Assembly: GCA_963789725.1 (NCBI GenBank)
Contig: CAWBLU010000001.1
Coordinates: 783,790-847,789 of the forward strand
From: an uncultured Chloroflexia bacterium
GTDB lineage: Bacteria > Chloroflexota > Limnocylindria > Limnocylindrales > CSP1-4
Direction: 5' to 3'
Length of the DNA stretch: 64,000 nucleotides
Shown one piece after another: positions 58,940 to 64,000 of the stretch (position 1 is the first letter of the stretch; each line of letters opens with the position of its first letter). The translations under genes and the position numbers were made by a program. Under the pieces are notes generated by a model that was not told the DNA's origin, did no database searches, and worked only from the letters and a program-made list of their open reading frames with translations.

Positions 58940-60616
58940 TCAGGCGACGTCGCGGCGGGTCATGCCCCAGGCGCCGACAAGCACTCCGCCGGCCGCGATC
59001 GCCAGGCAGGCGGCGATACCTTCCGGATCCCATTTCCCGACCATCGTCTGGCCCATATGCGCCGTCAGCGCCAGCTGGTGGACCCATGCCGGCAGCCGCA
59101 GCGCCGGGGCGAGCAGGTCGATCAGGAAGGTCGCCGTGACCGCAACCGCGGCCGCCTCGGCGGCGAGTGATGTCCGCCACACGCCCCCCACGGCGAATCC
59201 CACGCCGACGGCGGCAGCCGCATAGAGACCCAGGGCGGCCGTGCCGGTTATTGCTCCGCCGACTTCGATGTTGGCAGAGGCGGCGCCAACGCCGATCCCG
59301 ACTGCCAGCCCGACGGTCGTCACGACGACGGCCGCGAGAGCCCCGGCGCCGCCGGCCACAACCCAGCGAGCCCGGGCCAGCGGGGTCGCCAGGACCATCT
59401 CCAGACGGCCCTCGGTCTCATCGGAGGCCCATTTCGCGACCAGCGTCGCTCCCGCGTAGCCGGCGATGACGAACAGCATCTGGGCATACACCTGGAGGAA
59501 GCCGCCGGCCGTGGTGATGTCGAAGTCCGGGAACGCGACCTTGAAGAGGTCGTGGAACGTGGGGGTCTTGTTGACCTGGTCCGACAGCGACCCGACGAGC
59601 GAGGACAACATCAGCCCGAACAGCCCGAGGCCGATCGCCCAGGCCAGCGCTCGCGGCAGCTGATCCCCGAAGGCTCGCCGAGCCGGGCCCCGGACGCCGA
59701 GCGTGGCAGCCGGCAGCCCGGGGGCCGAGAGCCCGGCGGTCACGCCCAGGTCGCGCCGGGCGAAGATCTCCACTCCGGCGGCGAGCAGGACGAACGCCGT
59801 CACCGCGACAAGCGCCAGCGCAGGCCAGTCGAACAGGCCGACAAGCGCGACATGCCCGGCGGTCCAGTGGAAGGGGCTCAACGTGGCGATGAGCCCGAGC
59901 GCCGGGTAGCCGTTGGCGATCCACGCCACGACCATCGCGGCCCCGGCCACGCCCGCAGCGCCGGATCGACCCAGCAGCGGCGCCAGGGCGAAGGCGATCC
60001 CCCCGAACGTCAGCGCCAGGAACCCGACCCACAACGCAAAGCCGATGGCCGACAGCGGCGGAATGGCATCCCCGAGCGAGGCGTCACCGAAGACCGTGGC
60101 GCTGAGCCACGTGGTGAACGCAAGAATCGCCATCGCCGCGCCCATCGCCGTCACGTGCGCGGTGACCTTCTCGAGAGCGATGCGCCTCTTGCCGAACGGA
60201 GCCGAGGCGACGAAGTCCAGGCTTCCGCGGCGAGCTTCGCCGGCGAGGGTAGAGGAGAGGGCCATGATCGACCACAGCCCCGCGCCCAGAGCGAAGAACG
60301 GCCCGTACTTCCAGCTGGTCACGCCGCCCAGAGTGTCGACCTTGACCGGATTGCCGAAGAGGCCGGCCATGGACGACGGGATCGTGGCGATGAGCTGGTC
60401 CACCTCGAGGCGGGAGGCGGGCGTCGGGAAGATGCTCGCCACCGCCGCTCCGGCTGCCAGCATCATGCCCCCGAGGATGCCGGTGATCATGATGAAGGCG
60501 AGGCGGGAGTCGCGGATCGTCTTGCCGAAGATGCTGCCGAAGCCGTAGACGCGGGTATAGAACGGAATCGAACGGATCGACGCTGCTACGGGCGGCGTGC
60601 CGCTACCGGCGGCCAT
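58940..60616 (-). CDS. ABC-2 exporter permease, duplicated (about 12 TM)
   Basis: AGEARRGSLD and ASDETEGRLE repeats; RRD motifs at the end of each half. Confidence 0.88.
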   Translation of the reverse strand: MAAGSGTPPVAASIRSIPFYTRVYGFGSIFGKTIRDSRLAFIMITGILGGMMLAAGAAVASIFPTPASRLEVDQLIATIPSSMAGLFGNPVKVDTLGGVTSWKYGPFFALGAGLWSIMALSSTLAGEARRGSLDFVASAPFGKRRIALEKVTAHVTAMGAAMAILAFTTWLSATVFGDASLGDAIPPLSAIGFALWVGFLALTFGGIAFALAPLLGRSGAAGVAGAAMVVAWIANGYPALGLIATLSPFHWTAGHVALVGLFDWPALALVAVTAFVLLAAGVEIFARRDLGVTAGLSAPGLPAATLGVRGPARRAFGDQLPRALAWAIGLGLFGLMLSSLVGSLSDQVNKTPTFHDLFKVAFPDFDITTAGGFLQVYAQMLFVIAGYAGATLVAKWASDETEGRLEMVLATPLARARWVVAGGAGALAAVVVTTVGLAVGIGVGAASANIEVGGAITGTAALGLYAAAAVGVGFAVGGVWRTSLAAEAAAVAVTATFLIDLLAPALRLPAWVHQLALTAHMGQTMVGKWDPEGIAACLAIAAGGVLVGAWGMTRRDVA

Positions 60617-60617
60617 G

Positions 60618-61520
60618 TCAATGCACCTCCGCCGGCTCGCGCCCGTACTGCGCCAGGAACGTTTCTTCGAGGCTCGGCTCGCGCGACAGGAAGTCGATCA
60701 CCCCGGCCTTCGCCGCGGCTTCAACCACGGGCGTTATCGAGCCCTGGACCCGCAGGCGCAGGATGTGGTCCTCGGCTTCGACGTCCGAGACGCCTGGCAG
60801 GGTGCTGAATGCGTCGACCGGCGGATCGCCGGCGAAGCGCAGTTCGACCTGGTGGTGGGCCAGGTCGCGCAGGGCGTCCACGCGGTCGACCTGGACCAGG
60901 CGGCCGTCCCTGATGATTGCGACCCGGTCGCAGCTGCGCTCGACCTCGTTGAGGATGTGGCTCGACAGAAAGACAGTGGCTCCGTCGCGCACGGCCTCGC
61001 GCAGCGTCGAGAAGAACGTCTGCTGGACGAGTGGATCCAGGCCCGACGTCGGCTCGTCGAGCATCAACAGTTCGGGCCGGTGCTGGAGCGCCGCCACCAG
61101 CCCTACCTTCTGCTTGTTGCCCTTCGAGTACTCGCGGAAGCGGCGTGTCGGGTCGAGGTCGAAGCGCTCGATCAATGAGGCCTGATACGCGGGGTCGATG
61201 CCGCCGCGCAGATTGCCGAAGTAGTCGAGCGTCTGACGGCCGGTCAGCCGGTCGTAGAGGGTGAACTCGCCGGGAAGATAGCCGAGACGCCGGTGGATCG
61301 AGGCCGGGTCGGCCGAACTCTCGATATCGAACACGTAAGCCTTGCCGCTGGTCGGCCGGATGAGGTCCAGCAGGACGCGGATCGTCGTCGTCTTGCCGGC
61401 GCCGTTGGGTCCCAGGAATCCAAAGACCTCGCCCTGCCGGACGTCGAGGTCAACGTCCACGATCCCACGGTGGGATCCGTAGGACTTGGTGAGTCTCTCG
61501 GTCCGAACGACTGACGTCAT
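60618..61520 (-). CDS. ABC exporter ATP-binding protein
   Basis: GPNGAGKTT, YSKGNKQK, LDEPTSGLDP and PSLEETF; ATGA overlap with the regulator. Confidence 0.93.
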   Translation of the reverse strand: MTSVVRTERLTKSYGSHRGIVDVDLDVRQGEVFGFLGPNGAGKTTTIRVLLDLIRPTSGKAYVFDIESSADPASIHRRLGYLPGEFTLYDRLTGRQTLDYFGNLRGGIDPAYQASLIERFDLDPTRRFREYSKGNKQKVGLVAALQHRPELLMLDEPTSGLDPLVQQTFFSTLREAVRDGATVFLSSHILNEVERSCDRVAIIRDGRLVQVDRVDALRDLAHHQVELRFAGDPPVDAFSTLPGVSDVEAEDHILRLRVQGSITPVVEAAAKAGVIDFLSREPSLEETFLAQYGREPAEVH

Positions 61521-61999
61521 GCGGTGGTCTCCCGTCGTCTCTGTTCCCAGCTCTCGAGTAGCGGGGGTATGGATTGCTCGAAGATGAGGTAGACGTCTCT
61601 CATGTCTTGGAGCCGAGCCCTGGCTAGCGGTGACCGATCGGCCATCATCTCGAGACCGCGGTCGGTCATCTCTCGGGCGATCCGAGTCGCCTCCAGGGTG
61701 GCCCGGGTGATGCTGCTCATCGCGTCGGGGGCGATGAGGTAGACGGCGGATCGTTCGCCGCGGCGCCGCACTCGCTCTATCAACCTCGCACTCAGGAGAA
61801 GCCGCGTCATGGAGCTGACCGTCCCGAGGCTGGTGTCGACGCCGGCCGCGATCTGAGCAGCCGTCTGCTCGGGTGGTTCGCATACGAGCAAGTAGGCGAA
61901 GATCCGGCCACCGACCAGCGGCAGCCCGCGCTGCGATTGCATGAGGTGGGCGAACCCATCTATGAAGCCGTCGTAGCGGCGTGTCTCCTCGGGTGCCAT
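61517..61999 (-). CDS. GbsR/MarR-family transcriptional regulator
   Basis: GLPLVGGRIFAYLLVCEPPEQTAAQIA...SLGTVS. Confidence 0.88.
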   Translation of the reverse strand: MAPEETRRYDGFIDGFAHLMQSQRGLPLVGGRIFAYLLVCEPPEQTAAQIAAGVDTSLGTVSSMTRLLLSARLIERVRRRGERSAVYLIAPDAMSSITRATLEATRIAREMTDRGLEMMADRSPLARARLQDMRDVYLIFEQSIPPLLESWEQRRRETTA

Positions 62000-62016
62000 G
62001 ACGAGATTGTGCTCGT

Positions 62017-62049
62017 GTTGGAGATTTCGCGCAATTGCAAAATCTCAAC
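62017..62049. promoter_or_regulatory. Imperfect inverted repeat, likely operator of the GbsR-family regulator
   Basis: gttggagatttcgc-gcaatt-gcaaaatctcaac just upstream of the -10 (CACAAT on -). Confidence 0.55.
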
Positions 62050-62233
62050 GTCGACGAAGTTCGGCAGCGAGTAGCTCGATCGCACTGGACGAACGCGACG
62101 GCCCGCCCGGCGAGTCAGGTGACGACGCTGGCCTGGGCGACGATCGGGCCCGCGTGCTCCAGGACGAGGCCGGCCGTCAGGTCCTGGACGGCGTGGCAGA
62201 GTGGGGCCTGCGCTGAAGAACGACGCGCGCTGG

Positions 62234-64000
62234 TCAGAAGGCTGAGGGCGTGGGCGAAGCCTTGGGCGGCCAGTGGGCGGTCACGTTGGCCGCTTGGGCG
62301 GTTCGGGTGTCGGGAGTGGCCGCGGTGCACTTCGCATAGATCGTCACGGTCACGTTGCTGATGTTCCAACTCGCACCCCACATGACGTACGCCCAGCCCG
62401 AATCGTCCGTCGAGAAGAGCTTGGACTTCCTCAGGTGGTTGTCGCCGCTGGCAGCCAGGCGATACATGTTGCACGAGGCGTGTGGCAGCGACGCCACGTA
62501 GAAAGTGCCGTCCCCGGGCGAGACTGCCGGCGGCGAGACTGAGTAGACCAGGGTGAACATCTCCGGCGTCGGCGTAGGCGTTGGGACCGGGGTCGGTGAA
62601 TGGGTCGGTGAATGGGTCGGCGTCGGCGTCGGCGTGCCGGTCGGCGTCGATGACGGGTAGGCGCTCGAACCCGGAGGCGTCGAGTTCGTCAGCCCGGGCG
62701 GTGTCGGGCTCGGGCCCGGCTTGTTCGGCGGCGCCGGCGTTCGGGTCGTGGTCTTGCCGGGTTGCCGGGTGGCGCCCGGAGGTAGTGATTCGTCGCCCAG
62801 CACCATGCCCGAAGGCCAGGCGGACGTGTCCTCCGGGGCCTGGCCGGTCGAACTCGAGTCCACGAAGTGGCTTGGCACGACGGCCGCCCTTTTCGGTGAG
62901 GTTCCCGGACTGCCGGTGGCATCGGGGCCCCGGTCCACGGGCGGGAGCGCCGCGGTGAACGCGACGGCCACGATGGCCAGGATCAGCGTCAGTGCCGCCA
63001 GCATCGCGCCGGTCTTGCGATGGTGGGTGCGTGGACGCGGGTTGCCCTTGCGGTCGAAATCCGGCGAGGTCGAGATCACGAGGATTTCGTCCGGACCGGC
63101 GACCAGGGTTTGGGTGTGCCGGTCGGGTCCGCCGTTGTGGCCCAGCGCCGTTCCGACGGCCGCCAGCCCGGCCGCGACGCCGCCGAGCGGCCCGAAGTAG
63201 CGGGCCCGGCCCCGTGACTGTGCTTCTCGCACGATTCCCTCGTTGGAGAAGAGCGGCGGAGGTTGGACCGTCACCCCGCCCGTGTCGGCCGCGGCGCGCA
63301 CGATGCCCGGCACTTCGGGCACTCCCACCGTATCCGGCGTAGGGCGCCGCACGTACCGTTGGTGCGGGCTCTCCGCGTTGGGCGTCGCCGGCTCTGGCGG
63401 GCCCGATGCGGGACCCTCGACCATCGCGTCGGACTCGTCGTGGCGGGCTCGAATGATGCTGGGCGACTCTTTGGCAGGCGGGCGCTGATACCCCTGGACG
63501 ACTGCGGGTGGAACGCCAACGGCCGGTGACGCGCCCGGTGCGGTGGCGGGCTCGCCGGTGGCCCCGGCCTCGCCCCGGCCGCGCTGCGCGGCCCTGGCCG
63601 CGTTGGTGGCGGCAAGCGCGGCACTGACGGCGAAGGCGGCCGCGGCGGCTGCGCCGCCGGGGGTTGTGTATCGCGGGGCGGGGCCTGCCGCGGCCGCAGA
63701 GGCGGGGATGGGCGGGGGCGTCTCGACGGTGGTGGCGAGGCCGGATGCCGCTACCGCCGGCTCCGGGTCACTCGAGGCCGGGGTCCCAACCGGCTCGGCG
63801 CCGGGAACGGCGGCGCTCGGGATCGGTGCGGTCGAGCCTGAGGCGGCGGCCCCGGCAGCGGCTGCGGCAGCGGCTACGCGGCGGGAGGCGAATCCGCCGG
63901 AGAGGCCGCCGGTCGCGGGTCTACCGGGCCGTTGAACGCTCGGTCCTTTGGCGCTGGACTGAGGCTGGCCTGCGGCTTTCGGGACCGTGGTGTCCGGCGA
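62234..64000 (-). CDS. Pro/Ala-rich single-pass membrane protein (partial, 5' end beyond the window)
   Basis: Frame translated by hand stays open from 63424 to 64000; one TM helix, PT linker and a small two-Cys C-terminal domain. Confidence 0.7.
   Translation of the reverse strand, partial: SPDTTVPKAAGQPQSSAKGPSVQRPGRPATGGLSGGFASRRVAAAAAAAGAAASGSTAPIPSAAVPGAEPVGTPASSDPEPAVAASGLATTVETPPPIPASAAAAGPAPRYTTPGGAAAAAAFAVSAALAATNAARAAQRGRGEAGATGEPATAPGASPAVGVPPAVVQGYQRPPAKESPSIIRARHDESDAMVEGPASGPPEPATPNAESPHQRYVRRPTPDTVGVPEVPGIVRAAADTGGVTVQPPPLFSNEGIVREAQSRGRARYFGPLGGVAAGLAAVGTALGHNGGPDRHTQTLVAGPDEILVISTSPDFDRKGNPRPRTHHRKTGAMLAALTLILAIVAVAFTAALPPVDRGPDATGSPGTSPKRAAVVPSHFVDSSSTGQAPEDTSAWPSGMVLGDESLPPGATRQPGKTTTRTPAPPNKPGPSPTPPGLTNSTPPGSSAYPSSTPTGTPTPTPTHSPTHSPTPVPTPTPTPEMFTLVYSVSPPAVSPGDGTFYVASLPHASCNMYRLAASGDNHLRKSKLFSTDDSGWAYVMWGASWNISNVTVTIYAKCTAATPDTRTAQAANVTAHWPPKASPTPSAF

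Overview
64 kb of very GC-rich, densely coding bacterial chromosome. The gene content (pdxST-GNAT-R3H/AAA cluster, HicB-like/DinB fusion, DarA, F420 PPOX protein, many Pro/Thr-linker lipoproteins, ECF sigma/anti-sigma pairs) suggests a Chloroflexota, possibly Limnocylindria-like, genome; this is inference, not a database result. About 55 CDSs were called. No rRNA, tRNA, CRISPR array, transposase or integrase was seen. Most long antisense ORFs in the track are GC shadow frames. Highlights: (1) a cobalamin riboswitch with an SD-sequestering platform controls an ECF transporter operon led by two membrane-anchored proteins that look like the separated alpha-barrel and beta domains of transcobalamin/intrinsic factor; (2) a catalytically degenerate GAF-GGDEF protein with an intact I-site is divergent from a c-di-AMP receptor (DarA) plus NUDIX gene, with DnaA-box matches around the promoter; (3) an AmmeMemoRadiSam locus is split by an F420-type PPOX gene; (4) several regulatory arrays are directly readable (four 18-bp-period TetR operators, three palindromic 18-mers between pdxS and pdxT, OmpR-type 11-bp direct repeats); (5) the window also holds an HTH-less LacI protein, a frameshifted gene remnant and repeated leaderless-gene signatures. 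All product calls come from motif recognition by eye; no searches were run.
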